Counted from the stretch's first letter, positions 14,394 through 27,410 are shown. The stretch: 64,000 bases of DNA from Mobula hypostoma (GCF_963921235.1 NC_086108.1:92382001-92446000); one strand, 5' to 3'. Program-made: numbers and translations. The notes: generated by a model from the letters alone, not told the origin.

Positions 14394-14965
14394 CCTGTCC
14401 CCTAAAACCCTCATGAATTTTTATAGATGCACCATAGAAAGCATTCTTCTAGGGTGCATCACAACCTGGTATGGAAGTTGTCCTGTCCAAGACCGGAAGA
14501 AGCTGCAGAAGATTGTGAACACAGCGAAGCACCTCACACAAACCAATCTTCCATCCTTGGACTCACTTTACACCGCACGCTGTCAGAGCAGTGCTGCCAG
14601 GATAATCAAGGATACGACCCACCCAGCCAACACACTTTTTGTCCCTCTTCCCTCTGGGAGAAGGCTCAGGAGCTTAAAGACTCGTACAGCCAGATTTGGG
14701 AACAGCTTCTTTCCAACTGTGATAAGACTGCTGAACGGATGCTGACCCGGATCTGGGCCGTACCCTCCAAATATCCGACCTGCCTCCTGGTTTCTTTGCA
14801 CTACATTACTTCCCATTTTTCTATTTTCTATTTATGATTTATAATTTAAATTTTTAATATTTACTATCAATTTGTAATCCAGGGAGTGTGAAGCACAGAA
14901 TCAAATATCGCTGTGATGATTGTACGTTCTAGTATCAATTGTTTGATGACAATAAAGTATACAGT
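14394..14965 (+). mobile_element. Same LINE family, 3' fragment
   Basis: ORF 14368-14745 (KTLMNFYRCTIESILLGCITTWYGSC...). Confidence 0.85.
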
Positions 14966-16715
14966 ATAACTTGGAGTCTAGGCCTTTGCTCTACATTTGA
15001 AGGCCAGCAATGTGGACGTGTAACGAAGGGCATCCGTGGACAGATGACGGGCCAGCAAACACCACAGAGGAAGACCACCAAGGACAACAGCTGGTGGTCC
15101 CCCAAGTTGGGGGGTACCTCCAGGTCGGCAGGTGCGGGAACTGGGGGTCCATGCGGGTAGGTGTCACAAGGGCCAGTGACCCCCACTGCCCACCACCCCC
15201 CCAGCAAATTGGCAAGTCTGGAGTTCAGGGTCCTGTCGTCAGCAAGTACAAGTTCAAGGACTGGAGTTCAGGGTCCTGGGGTTGGTACTGAAGATCAAAG
15301 CACGAAAATTGAAGACCAAAGGCAACGAGTCCAAAGATCGAGATCCAGTGGCCAAAGTCCTGGGTCTGTGAGTCCACCAGGGAAATCGGAGGCCCAGTGT
15401 CTGTGAATACCCAAGTCCACTGGAGACTGGATGCCCAGAGGTGGCTGCCCTGCTAAGGTTGGAGGGATGTGTGTGGTGGGGTGGGGGGGGGGGAGGGTGA
15501 GAGGGAGGAAAGGGGCTTGTTTTAATGTTTTTTTGTTCTGCTGAACATTGTGAGCAGGTTATATTGGTGCTGGAATGTGTGGTGACCTTTGTGGGTTGCC
15601 CCTAGCACATCTTTACATTCTGTTGGTTGTTAGTGCAAATGACACATTTCACTGTACGTGTAATAAATAAATTAACCTGAATCTGAATTGGAATATTAAA
15701 GAAGTGATATGAAACCTTTAAGACACACCTATAGTCCTGATGAAGGGTCTCAGCCAAAAATGTCAACTCTTTATTCCTTTCCATGCATGCTGCCTGACCT
15801 GCTGAGTTTCTCCAGCATTTTAAGTGTGTTACTCTGGATTTCCAGCAACTGCAGAATCTCTTTTGTTTAAGACACATCAGCAATTCTTTAAAATAGGCTT
15901 ATACATATAAAATATTTTACTGTTCATTTACATTACTATTTATACAGAGCTATTGAATACATATTTACTAGAAAAAGGTAGTCATTTACAGAAAGTGTTT
16001 AAATGGCTCTACTAAAGAACATTCAAATGTTTATTTCCCTGCATTGTTTCCAAGCATATGACTTTGGCTCCCCCTGCTGGCTCTATGAAGAATGATATGA
16101 TGCCATTCAGCTCAGTAAGATTCCACATTGAATCCCTGGCCTTGGCTGATAAGCTTTTCTATCGCTTCTAGAGCTTCACAATGTCTGGGAGCTGAAACAA
16201 GAATAAGATCAAATGTAGCTCCTGATCTCATACATTTATCACCAACACCAGCTGGAAGACTAAGTGAACAAAAGACTGGACATTTGTGATGACCCCAGGA
16301 AGAACACAATAGCGATACTCACCGTTCAGTGGCAAATACACACACACAGGACAGATGTTTAGGCAGCAGGTTAAATAGTAAAGTCTATGTATGAATCTAC
16401 ATGAGTCAATGAATTGTGAACAGCATGACTAAGGAAAAAAAAGTCAGAGGATTAGGTTTTTTAAATCTCTGAAGAGGTTGTATACGTTTGTATTAGTCAG
16501 AAGGCAAATCCTGTATTTTATCAATTCATCTCAGTTGCAGCACATCCCATATTACTGCAGTTCCTTTTCACTGCATTCTGCATACAGCAGGTGGAAAATG
16601 TATCTGTTCTGAAGCCTTCAAAGTATTCACACCTGTCGAGGAAAAGATCCTTTCCTCCACTAAGTTTCCTGTGTGCCCCATCATTAGAACACAATGGTTT
16701 CATAAGAAAAAAATA

Positions 16716-17276
16716 CACTCAATTAGGAACTTTATTAGGAACCTCCTTTACTTAATAAAGTTGCCACTGAGTGTGTGTTTGTGGTCTTTTGCTGCTGTCG
16801 CCCATCCGCTTCAAGGTTTGATGTGTTGTACTTTCGGAAATGATCTTCTGCCCACCACTGCTGTACTGCATGTCTATTTGAGTTACTGTCATCTTCCTGT
16901 CAGTTTGAACCAGTGCAACCATTCTCCTCTGGCCTCTCTCATTAACAAGGTGTTTTCACCCACAATCTGCCGCTCACTGGATGGCTTTTGATTTTCACAC
17001 CATTCTCTGTAAACTCTAGAGACTGTTGTACGTGAAAATCCTGGAAGATCAGCGGTTTCTGAGATACTCAAACCACCCCTTCTGGCACCAATAATTATTC
17101 CACAGTTAAAGTCATTTAGGTCACATTTCTTCCCCATTTTGATGTTTGGTCCTATTCATAATTGAACCTCTTGATCATATCTGCATGCTTTTGTGCATTT
17201 GGTTGCTGTACATAATTGTCTGGTCAGATATTAAATATTAATGAGCTGGTTTACCTAATAAAGTGGCCACTGTGTG
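16716..17276 (-). mobile_element. Tc1-derived non-autonomous element; TA TSD
   Basis: TIR of type CACTCAGTGGCCACTTTATTAGG; transposase N-terminus MGKKCDLNDF...GARRGGLSISETADLPGFSRTTVSRVYREW. Confidence 0.9.
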
Positions 17277-18439
17277 TACCTGTGAGAGAGGAAATGTAAT
17301 AGTTCATTCTTCCTTAAGATCTTAGAGTAATGCAGCAGAAAACATACACAAACTCATCTGCACTGTCCACATTGCCTAAGTTCGTCTCATCAGAGAGGAA
17401 AGAGAACCAAGATCTAGCCCCTGCTTAGTTGAATTTCAAATAGTTCCCACCTTCTGGCTCCCTGCTTTTAGAAGTGGCACTGTGAACTTTTTTCCTTTCA
17501 ATTAACGTAATTCGACTTTGAAAAATGTTCTGTATACTAGCCCTGCAAAGCCATGACTGGGGATACCATGAAATAGGTTTTGCCTTTTCAACGCATTTGT
17601 CTTGTTTGTAGGATAACACAACATCTTAAATGACTGTACAATGGGTTGAGGCCAAATGGTGATTATCACCTGAAATTACAGCTCATCCATCTTCACTGCA
17701 GCTAGCGTTACTGCTGCTGAGAAACGAAAGCAATACGTGGCAAAACTGAATTAATGAAAAGAATAAACTGCTTTCTATAAGAAAACTGATAAATGTTAAC
17801 ATTCATTTTAGATTCAGTGAAATGATTAAGTGATAATCACCCTTCAGTGCCAATAAAACAACTTATCAGATAGGGTGTCTGGTATCACCGAGGTTATGTA
17901 ACTCAACTATAGTCCAGTGACTGGACTAATGATCCAGAGGTAAGTGTTCAAAACTCTGGAGACCTGGGCAATTTAAATGCACTTAATAAGTCTGGAATTA
18001 AAAACCTGGCATTAGTAATGGTGACCATGAAACTATTATTTTGTCATAAAAATGCATATGGATTTCAAATGCCCTTTAGGGAAGGAAATCTGCCAGCCAT
18101 TCAGACTTCAGACCCAAAGCTGGCCTTGAACAAGCTGCACAATCATTCCAAAACATAATGGCAAAGCATTACAAAAGGGTGGACCACTTTATAGGCATTG
18201 GGATCAACATTTGTGAACTGGCTTTAATAGGGCAAAACATTACGAGGACCCAAACCAGAAAGGACACCTTATTGGAGATAATTAAAAGATTGGCCAGAAG
18301 GGCAGGGTTGAAGCTATGACAGACAAAACATTCAGGGAATAAACTCCATGAACTCTATGGATAGAGTCTGACAGCTGAAACCATGGTGCAGCAGAAGTTT
18401 GTGTCCTCTGCCCCGGTCTACTTCCTGTACACTGATAAC

Positions 18440-19310
18440 CACATGGCCAGACTGTGTGCTGTATCTCAAGTAATGATGAGGCAGAGTAAGGAAGAAGATA
18501 AAGCTTAGTAACAAAGTGTTGTGACAACAACCTTTCCGTCAATGTCAGTAGAACAAAAGATTCGGTCATTGACTTCAGCAAAGGAGGACAGTGCACATGT
18601 CTATACCAATGGTGTTGAGGTTGAGAGCTTCTAGTTTTCCAGGGGTCAATAGCCTGTCCTGGTTCAACCACATAGATGTCAATATCAAGAAAGCCTGCCA
18701 ATGCCTCTACTTCCTCAAGAAGCCAAAGAAATTTGCCAAATCCCCATCGACACTTACCAGTGTTTTTAAAGCACCGCAGGAAGTATCCTATCTGGATGCA
18801 TTAGGGCTTGGTGTGGCAACTGCTCTGCACACGAGCACAAGAAACTGCAGGGAGTTGTGGACGCAGCTCAGCATATCACGGAAACCAGCCCTTCCTCCAT
18901 GGACAGTCTATACTTATCTCTACCTCATAGAGCAGCCAAGAGACCAAAGATCCCACTCACCCAAACAATTTCTCTTCTCCTCTTTCCCATCAGGCAGAAG
19001 ATACACAACCCTGAGAGAATATACCACTAGGTGGAAGGAGAGTTTCTAACCCAGTTAAAAGGTTATTGAGCAGTTCCTTACTGTTACAGTATGATAAATT
19101 AGACTCTTGGCCTCATAAGCATTATGATCTTGCACCTTATTGTTTAACAGCAGTTTCTCTGCAGCCATTGCACTTTATTTTGCAGTGTTATTGTTTTACT
19201 TTGTTCTGCCTCAAAGCACTGCGTAATGGTGTGTTCCATATGAAATTGCAAGACAAGTTTTTCCACTGTATTTCAGTACATGTGACAAGAATATACTAAT
19301 CCCAATTCAA
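18440..19310 (+). mobile_element. Degraded Rex1/Babar-type LINE
   Basis: NNLSVNVSRTK, IKKACQCLYFLKK and FPSGRRY remnants. Confidence 0.65.
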
Positions 19311-19480
19311 TCCGGATATGACAAAGAAGCCACAATCAGAAAGCAAACATCAGAGTGCATTAGCACACTGGATGTTTATGGACAAACGGCATAAGATCAT
19401 GAAGTGATCTGAAGTCGATCGTAGGCATTTGACAAATTAGTCAATGTTTAGCCAGGAGTCAGCTAGTAAAAGGGTGAACA

Positions 19481-19998
19481 TGTTGTGTATTTAATATTTC
19501 AGTAATGTTTGTGTAATATTGTAAATATATTGTTTAAGTAAGCATTCTTTGTTTACATAATTCAAAGTGATTTATATGTAAGAATGTGAATGGTATACAT
19601 CATTTTGTCACCATGTCATATGTGAGTGCTTCACTAAAGAAAAAGTAGGTAGACATGCATCCTGTATCTTCTTGCAATTAGTTTCTGGAGTTACAAAACA
19701 TAACAGTAGCGTCGAGGAAGTTTTGAAATAAATGTGAGATGACGACCTACCTGATGAAGCGCAGCACATTTCAGCTTCGGAAGAGGAGAGAGACATTTGA
19801 GTTTTTAAAAAAGGCATTAAATGGACGAAATTAACAAGCAATGAGTACAGCCGCAGGTTCATAAACACTGAGTACCAGGCGATGATAATATTTTGAAAAA
19901 AAAACAGAAATGACTGGCTACATCAGAAAGATAAATGTGTCAGTTGCAAAACAGTTAACTCGAGGATGCATACTAAATGAATTGAGCAGTATTTTGAG
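19481..19998 (+). mobile_element. Gypsy-like LTR retrotransposon remnant (LTR 19481-19705, PBS-like site, start of gag)
   Basis: TGTTGTG...CATAACA inverted ends, followed by GTAGCGTCGAGG (TGGCGACGAGG-like PBS) and a decayed gag start MTGYIRKI...IEQYFE at 19910. Confidence 0.6.
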
Positions 19999-19999
19999 A

Positions 20000-20625
20000 G
20001 GTCATGGGTTGGTTAAGTGTGAAAGGTGAAAAGCTTAAGGGGAACAGAGGGTGGTGAGAGTGTGAAATGAGCTGCCAGCACAAGTGGTGCATGTGAGCTT
20101 GATTTCAACTTTTCAGCCAAGTTTGGATAAGTACAGGACATTGATGGGAGAGGTATGGAGGGCCATGGTCTCGATGCAGGTTGATGGGAGGAGGCAGTTT
20201 AAATGGTTTCGGCATGGACTAGGAGGGCCAAAGGCTTGTTTCTGTGCTGTACTTTTCTATGACTCATATTGAAAGACTTAGACAGAATGCAGGTAGAAAG
20301 GATGTTTCCTATAATGGGTGAGCCTAGGACCAGAGGCTATAGCCTCAGAATAGACAGACATCCATTTAGAACAGGGAATGAGAAGGAATTTCTTTAGCCA
20401 GTAGGTGGTGAATCTGTGGTCTATTGGCATGGACAGCTGTGGAGGCCAAGTCACTAAGTAAATTTAAAGCAGAGGTTGATAGGTTCTTCTTTGGTCAGGG
20501 TGCCAAAAGTTATGGAAGAAGGCAGGAGAATGGGGTTGAGAGAGATACAGTCAGCCATGATGGAATGGCAGGGCAGACTCGATGGGCCAAGTGGCCTAAT
20601 TCTTCCCCTATGTCTTATGTCTTGC
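20000..20625 (+). mobile_element. Two adjacent CR1 3' fragments
   Basis: Shared 3' sequence with the 4730-4990, 42348-42805 and 56922-57437 copies. Confidence 0.7.
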
Positions 20626-21501
20626 TGATGGATATAACTACTGACCAAGCCATGGGGGGGCGGTGGGGAGAACACCAGATTAGCCCAGTTTCTAAATAGA
20701 TGATATATACAGACTTCCCCCTCCTTGGCTTTAGGTCAAATCATTTCATTCCCATGACATCAAGAAATAGATGAACTCATTGGATTATGACAAAGACTTT
20801 GGTGCCCAATAGCATCTCTGCTTTTGATGTTCAAACCTTTAGGTAAATTGTTGCAGTACAGCCTCACCAGGTGGAAATGACTACCCTGGACATCATTTGG
20901 CCATTGATTGCATCAAAGTAGTTTGGTAAATCAAAAGATACCAGTGGAAAAACTTTCCACACGCTTTCAGAGAACAAAGGAATACATCTGTTGGTATTTG
21001 AGGTAAATCAACTCAGCCTCAGGGATCACAGCAGTAGCTCAGGCACAACCATTTTCAGGTCTTTCAAGAAATTTGCATTTGCTATATTTCTCGAGTTCCA
21101 TTTGTAATTATTTGAAAAAAAATGAAGCAAGTTGTGTATAAACATTTCCAGTTCTAGCAAGTCTTGAAATGATACACACATTCATGACACAGCCGTACCA
21201 AGCAATGACGCCTTTTCCTTCAGTTTGACCACCTCCAACAGACATTACCTTTATCAGTTTTTCTCAAACATTACTACTTAAAAGAACTGCGTCAATATAA
21301 AAAAATACCGTCCCAATGACTCATGCCCTGACTCCCAAAGGAGTCAATTAGAAGGTTCAAGTCAAGAATATGATGTGATACTTTCCATTAACTTGGATGA
21401 CTGCAGTTATAATATCCCGAACACAACAGCGTGTTTGATTAATATCTCATTTAACATTCTGCAAATCCACTCTTTCCACCACCAATTTGCCTTGGCTAAT
21501 A

Positions 21502-22001
21502 AATTCAGTGCCATTTTATTAGATACACCTGCTCATTAATGCAAATATCTAATCAGCCAATCATGTGGTAGCAGCTCAGTGCAGACATGGTCACGAAATT
21601 CAGTTGTTGTTCAGAGCAAACACCAGAATGGAGAAGAAATGTGATCCAAGTGACTTTGTGGAATGATTGTTGATGCCAGATTTGAGAATCTCAGAAACTG
21701 CTGATGTGGGATTTTCACACACCAAGTCTCCAGAGTTTACAGAGAATGGTGTGATAAACAAATAAACACCGAGTCAGCAGCAGCTCTATGGACAAAAATG
21801 CTTTGTTAATGAGAGGTCAGAGAAGAAAGGCCACTCAAGCTAGCATGAAGCTGAGAGTAACTCAAATAATCATGCATTACAACAGCGGTGTACAGAAAAC
21901 CATCTCTGAATGCACATCACATCAAGCCTTGAAGTGGGTGGGCTACAGCCCCAGAAGATCACGAACATACACTCAGTGGTCACTTTATTCGGTACAGGAA
22001 G
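21502..22001 (+). mobile_element. Tc1-derived element, same family
   Basis: Aligns by eye with 53708-54211. A partial fourth copy lies at about 8590-8786. Confidence 0.8.
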
Positions 22002-22694
22002 CACACTGAGCACACCTTACGGAATGTTCTGCAACAGCTTATCAATGCTCTTTAACGGAATTGTCTAACCTATAACCTCTGTCAGCTAGAACCAGGGCAG
22101 TTTGCATGCGTAAATATTCCTCAGCTCATAGCTCTCTGGCGTGGGTACATCAGTGCTGGTAAATTTTCTTTGCATCCAAATCCGAGAACCTCCTCTCCCA
22201 TGGGCTCAAAATGGTGCCCTTTGCATCTCCTCAAGTGCATTTAGAGATGGGTATTAAATATTGAACTCACATGTATAAAAATCACCAAAGCAGAAAGAAA
22301 CATTTCTGTCAGCTCATCACTTTTGATGTATGGAAACCAACACAAAATACTATAGCCAAAGTATTGTCAGCGAAGTGTGCACTATCATTCTACAAAATGG
22401 AGATATTTCAACTGGATTCCTTTCAAATGAAGCAATTTTAAAAAGTAGGCAACGTAATTTAAGACAAGCAAAAATCAGTAGTTCAGACAGATGCTCAGTA
22501 TTGGTCTCTTTATGTGAGAATATATCAGCATTGGAAGTTGTCTTAGAGGTTCACTAAGCCATTTCCTGCAATGGGAGGGCTGCTCTACCATAAGCAGCTA
22601 AGATAGTGCTCAAGAGTTTAGAAGAATCTTTTTGAAATGTATAAGATCCGTAAGGAGAAATGACAGAGTAGAATTCAAAATGTTTCTTCTATTG

Positions 22695-22775
22695 CAGGGA
22701 TTCCCAACCTTTTTTTTAAGTCATGGACTCTTACCATTACTGAAGGATCTGTGGACGCCAGGTTGGGAATTCCTG
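22695..22775. mobile_element. Small hAT/Charlie-type MITE
   Basis: TIRs CAGGGATTCCCAACCT and AGGTTGGGAATTCCTG; the TSD is degenerate. Confidence 0.7.
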
Positions 22776-22919
22776 CTCTAGCGTGAGGACCTCACACAAG
22801 GGAAGAGTTACAAGAATAGCAAGTGGTAATTTAAAACTATGTAGAAAGTTCTCACAGGGGCTAACAAATGCTCTAATTTTCTACTCTAGAGGATTGTAGA
22901 CTAGACATTGGGAATAACA

Positions 22920-23590
22920 TAGAAGCATAGAAAACCTACAGCACAATACAGGCCTATTGGCCCACAAAGTTGTGCTGACCATGTCCCTACCTTAGAAATT
23001 ACTAGGCTTACCCATAGCCCTCTATTTTTCTAAGCTCCATGTACCTATCTAAAAGTCTCTTCAAAGACCCTATCTTATCTGCCTCCACCACCGTTGCCAG
23101 CAGCCCATTCCACACACTCAACACTCTCTGAGTAAAAAAACTTACCCCTGACATCTCAGCTGTACCTACCCCCCAGCACCTTAAATCTGTGTCCTCTTGT
23201 GGCAACCATTTCAGCCCTGGGAAAAAGCTTCTGACTATCCACACGATCAATGCCTCTCATCATCTTATACACCTCTATCAGGTCACCTCTCATCCTCCAT
23301 CGCTCCAAGGAGAAAAGGCCAAGTTCACTCGACCTGTTTTCATAAGGAATGCTCCCCAATCCAGGCAACATCCTTGTAAATCTCCTCTGCACCCTTTCTA
23401 TGGCTTCCATATCCTTCTTGTAGTGAGGCGACCAGAACTGAGCACAGTACTCCAAGTGGGATCTGACCAGGGTCCTATATAGCTGCAACATTACCTCCTA
23501 GCTCTTAAATTCAATTCCACAATTAATGAAGGCCAATGCACCATACACCCTCTTAACCACAGAGTCAACCTGTGCAACTGCTTTGAGCGT
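22920..23590 (-). mobile_element. CR1-clade LINE 3' fragment
   Basis: LYRTLVRSHLEYCAQFWSPHYKKD...RMRGDLIEVYKMMRG; (TTCTATG)-type tail. Confidence 0.9.
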
Positions 23591-23787
23591 CAAAGTATTT
23601 AAAGAAGAATTAGATAATTTTTCTTTGAAAGGTCAGGGAATGGGCACAGAAGAGATAAAGCCACTTTTTGCAAACCAGATCATTTTTCAAGAGTAAACAC
23701 AAACTACTCTGCAGATGCTGGGGTCAAAGCAACACTCACAACACGCTGGAGGAACTCAGCAGGTCGGGCAGCATCCGTGGAAACGAT

Positions 23788-23825
23788 CAGTCAACGTTTC
23801 GGGCCGGAACCCTTCATCAGGACTG
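23788..23825 (-). ncRNA. Minimal hammerhead ribozyme motif with intact core
   Basis: CAGUC-CUGAUGA-AGGGUUCCGGCCC-GAAA-CG-UU-GACUG on the minus strand; GUU triplet. Confidence 0.8.
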
Positions 23826-24311
23826 AAGAGGGAAGGGGCAGAGGCACTATAAAGAAGGTGGGGGGAGGGTGGGAAGGAGAAGGCTGGTAGGTTCCAGGTG
23901 AAAACCCACTTCAACTCTGCTTCACATTCCCATTCGGACATGGCCTCCTCTACTGCCATGATGAGGCTACACTCGGGTTGGAGGAGCAACACCTCATATA
24001 CCGTCTAGGTAATCTCCAGCCCCTTGGTATGAACATTGAATTCCCCAACTTCCAGTAATTCCTTCCCCCTCCCAACTTCACTCTGCCCCCTCCCCCAGCT
24101 GCCTACTACCTCCCTCATGGTTCCATCTCCTTCTAATACCCATTGTGCTTTCCCCTATTCCTTCTTCACCTTTCCTGCCCATCACCTCCCTGCTTCCCCT
24201 CCCCCACCCCTTTATCTTTCCCCTTACTGGTTTTTCACCTGGAACCTACCAGCCTTCTCCTTCCCACCCTACCCCCCACCTTCTTTATAGGGCCTCTGCC
24301 CCTTCCCTCTA

Positions 24312-24349
24312 CAGTCCTGACAAAGGGTTCCGGCCCAAAACATTGACTG
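24312..24349 (+). ncRNA. Decayed hammerhead motif (CpG-type G>A changes in the core)
   Basis: CAGTC-CTGACAA-AGGGTTCCGGCCC-AAAA-CA-TT-GACTG; mirror copy of 23788-23825. Confidence 0.6.
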
Positions 24350-26345
24350 ATCGTTTCCACGGATGCTGCCCGACCTGCTGAGTTCCTCCAGTGTGTTGTG
24401 AGTGTTCATTTTTCAAGAGGATGTGTTTGCTGCCACATTATAATATTGTTCTAATTTCTGTACAATGCTATTTGATTGCCAAACGTGCCATTCCTCCTAA
24501 ACATCACCTCTTATCAATGGACTTCCAAGTCAAATCATATGAAATACCACACCAGGAGCTGCAAGATAGCCTGATGAGATATGCATTGTTTTTCTTGGTT
24601 AACTGGAAGCACACAGTATATAGGGCCAGTGTGAAAATGAAATGGAAAACTAGATAGATAAACTAGAAGCTTAGATTATCCCTTGTACACTGAACAGAAC
24701 TCTTTGATGGTCACAAAATCTGCATTTGGTTTCTTCAATGCTGAGAGCACCACATTAACCAAGCCCAATACACTACACTAGAAAATAGGCAGAAGAGAAC
24801 AGTTGAGTCCATGAATGCTGGGGACTGGCACAAGGGCAGGTATTGCATCTCCCACAGTTACCTGAGAAAGCACCAACAAAAAGCCTAGTTGGCAGAAATG
24901 GAGGAATTATCAGCCCTCCAGAAAGTTGAAAATGGAGAGATGGGGAAGATGTATGTGATGAAGGAATCTGGTTTAAACTGGTAGAAATTATGAAGGATGA
25001 CGTATCAAATGTGGAAACTAGAAGAGTGGAAGGTGAGGAACTCCATCCTTATTCTGACAGGGAAGGCGGGGTGAGAGAAGTGTGATAAAGAGGCAGCTTT
25101 GTCAAATGTGGTGGAGAGAAAGGACAACAATGAAGTCACTGGTGTGGAACATCTTGCTAGAGCATACATTACATATGGAGAAACAAATATAAACACAGGA
25201 CATTCTGCAGATGTTGGAAATCTAGAGTAACACACAGAAAATCCAGGAGGAACTCAGGTCAGGCAGCATCAACAGAAGTGAATACTTTGCAGTGGAGCAG
25301 CACATCAAACACAAGAGATTCTGCAGATGCTGAAAATCCAGAACAACACACACACAAATTGCTGGGAACTCAGAAAGCCAGGCATTATCTATGGAAATAA
25401 AAAAAAACAAAGTGGAAGTTTGCAAAGGACTAATTACAGGTAGCTACATGAAAGTTGGTATAGTTGCGGTGGATATGAATGGTTTTGTGCTTATGATGAA
25501 TACTGACAGCTGACCCATCTCCTAAAATATCAAAAATTAGAGTCAAATATGAACCAGGTGAACATGAGTCAGGTGGAAAATAGCTTTACAGGTAATCAAG
25601 TCAATTTAACTACCATTAAAGGAATAATCTGGATTAAAGATATTAATAAGTTTGTCTGCATAAAGATGATAAGGATACTCCAAAAAAGTAACAAGACAGA
25701 CCAGTGGCTTTCTGAAGCTTTCACTGAAAACCTAAAAGTGGTAGCTGTAATCTGTTTCTCACAATGCATCAGCCCTCGGTACATATGGACAATTACGCAA
25801 ATTCAACCATTACCATCAGGAAGTTTCATGCTTTAGCTTAGTACCAAAGGCAAGAGAGTACTGGGTTCAGCCCTGGCAACACAACAATTTTCAAGTAAAT
25901 CACATGAACAATCAAATAGCTACAATATTCCTGGTATTCCATCTAGCCTCAAATTCAAAGTAAAAATTGAAATGCCATCAGGTCTAACTTTTGAAACTAA
26001 AATTGAAATACTCATAAATAGCAATTCCCAGGAGCATTTTTTTCAATAACTTCATAGTAAATGAGATGAGTTTTTAAACCTGTCTTGAACAATTACAAAC
26101 ATCACATGTAGAATTCAATACAGCAAAATTGTAAACCATACGCAAAGTATATGGATAATGACCAGCTGTATGCACAGAAATAGTAGCGTGTAAAGTAGAT
26201 GATCTTCCAAATGAGAAATATCTAGTCAAAGCTAGTGCAGAGTGTGTACAACTGTGTCTAGACATTTTTCATAGTTAATTACATTTTAATTTCCAAAATG
26301 CTTGCATAGGTGCATGTGCAGTAAATAATACAACTCATTTAAAGT

Positions 26346-26547
26346 TTATGAAGTCCAGCGCCACCATGCTACTTTCATTCTGTCCCACACTGCACCAAGG
26401 GAATCCAGAGCTGGACGCACATCCAAAGCAGTGAACTGGTAAGTTGACTTGTCAACCTCGCCTCCATCATAATAATCAATTATATATCGTACTTCTTTTC
26501 CACAACGGTTCACAATCCAATCGTGCCGGTCAAAGGGTAGCTCATAC
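26346..26547 (-). CDS. HCCS: HCCS last coding exon ([29 protein letters not shown]...[26 protein letters not shown])
   Basis: PFDRHDW, RY.IDYY and LDVRPALD signatures. TAG acceptor; TAA stop at 26346-26348. The six exons sum to 828 nt (275 aa plus stop), in frame. Confidence 0.97.
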
Positions 26548-27074
26548 CTAGTAGAAATTTAAAATAAATCAACTATATAAAGAATGTTTGTCATCTTGTA
26601 AAACAATATTAATGTTTTACCCATTTAAAACTGTCAGAAGCTTTGAGCTATAGTAGCCTATATACCTGCAATGACATGGAAGTGAGGTCATGAATGACAT
26701 TAAACATCAAATTGATAACATTTTTCAAAACATTAACTTTACACATTTTTTTGTTAGTGCCGCTTATCTTATTTTGTGCTTTCAAATTCATGTAGCTCAG
26801 CTTATACAGCCATATGTATATGACTTATAAACATTTTCATATTAAAACTAAAATATTTGCTCCTTCTCCAAAGTACTGACTTCTGCCAACTCACCCACGA
26901 TATGCCAATCCACTCAGTATTCTTTGACATACTGATCTTTGAACCAGCTAACCTCTGGGTGTCTAGCTCCTAACCTGTTCTGATCTGCTCCCCATTCATT
27001 TTGCATTCACCCAAGCAAATTTCTTTATTCTTGTGTATGCCACATATTTTACACTTGGAACCTGGATATTAAGT

Positions 27075-27410
27075 TAGCAGCATGGTAGTATTGTGGTTAG
27101 TACAATTACTTTATAGCATCATCGATCATCAAGCAGGGGTCAATTCATGTCGCTGTCCCATGAAGAGATTGTATGCTCCTCCCCATTACCACATGGGTTT
27201 ACTCCAGGTGCTCTGGTTTCCTCCCACCTTCTACAGACATACAGTTAGAATTAATGAGTTGTGGGCACGCTATGTTGGCGCCAGAAAGGTGACAACACTG
27301 TGGATTGCTCCCAGTACAATCCCCAGACAACATTGGTCTTTGACGCAAAACAATGTTTCACTGTATTTCAATGTTTTGATGCATATTTGATAAAATAAAG
27401 TTAATCCCTC
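27075..27410 (+). mobile_element. tRNA-derived V-SINE-type element (relatives at about 27745-27995, 34012-34228, 51505-51735, 32375-32520, and 61320-61450 minus)
   Basis: A/B-box-like head and central GGTGCTC(C/T)GGTTTCCTCCCAC core. Confidence 0.7.

Larger units (their letters stand above)
23694..24405 (+). mobile_element. Penelope-like element 3' fragment with an inverted terminal copy (fold-back) and 14-bp TSD
   Basis: TSD TCATTTTTCAAGAG at 23680-23693 and 24406-24419. Inverted arms 23731-23906 and 24229-24406. The central part encodes a GIY-YIG C-terminus (LEEQHLIYRLGNLQPLGMNIEF). Confidence 0.85.

Noticed and set aside
14990..15690. Overlapping GC-rich ORFs at about 15 kb
   Set aside because: They lie in a repeat-like segment ending in AATAAA plus (CTGAAT)n and show no protein homology.
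16112..16309. ORF ending ...EAIEKLISQGQGFNVESY as a terminal exon
   Set aside because: It has an acceptor-like site but no recognisable homology or partner exons.
25185..25410. Recurrent short repeats as a CRISPR-like array
   Set aside because: These are tandem 3' ends of the Penelope-derived element; there are no regular spacers or cas genes, and the context is eukaryotic.
1..26000. RWDD3 or ARHGAP6 exons expected from human synteny
   Set aside because: No recognisable motifs of either protein in the ORF track or in the unique segments translated by hand; small exons could have been missed.
27075..27160. tRNA genes at A/B-box-like sequences
   Set aside because: They are degenerate SINE heads followed by SINE cores, with no cloverleaf.
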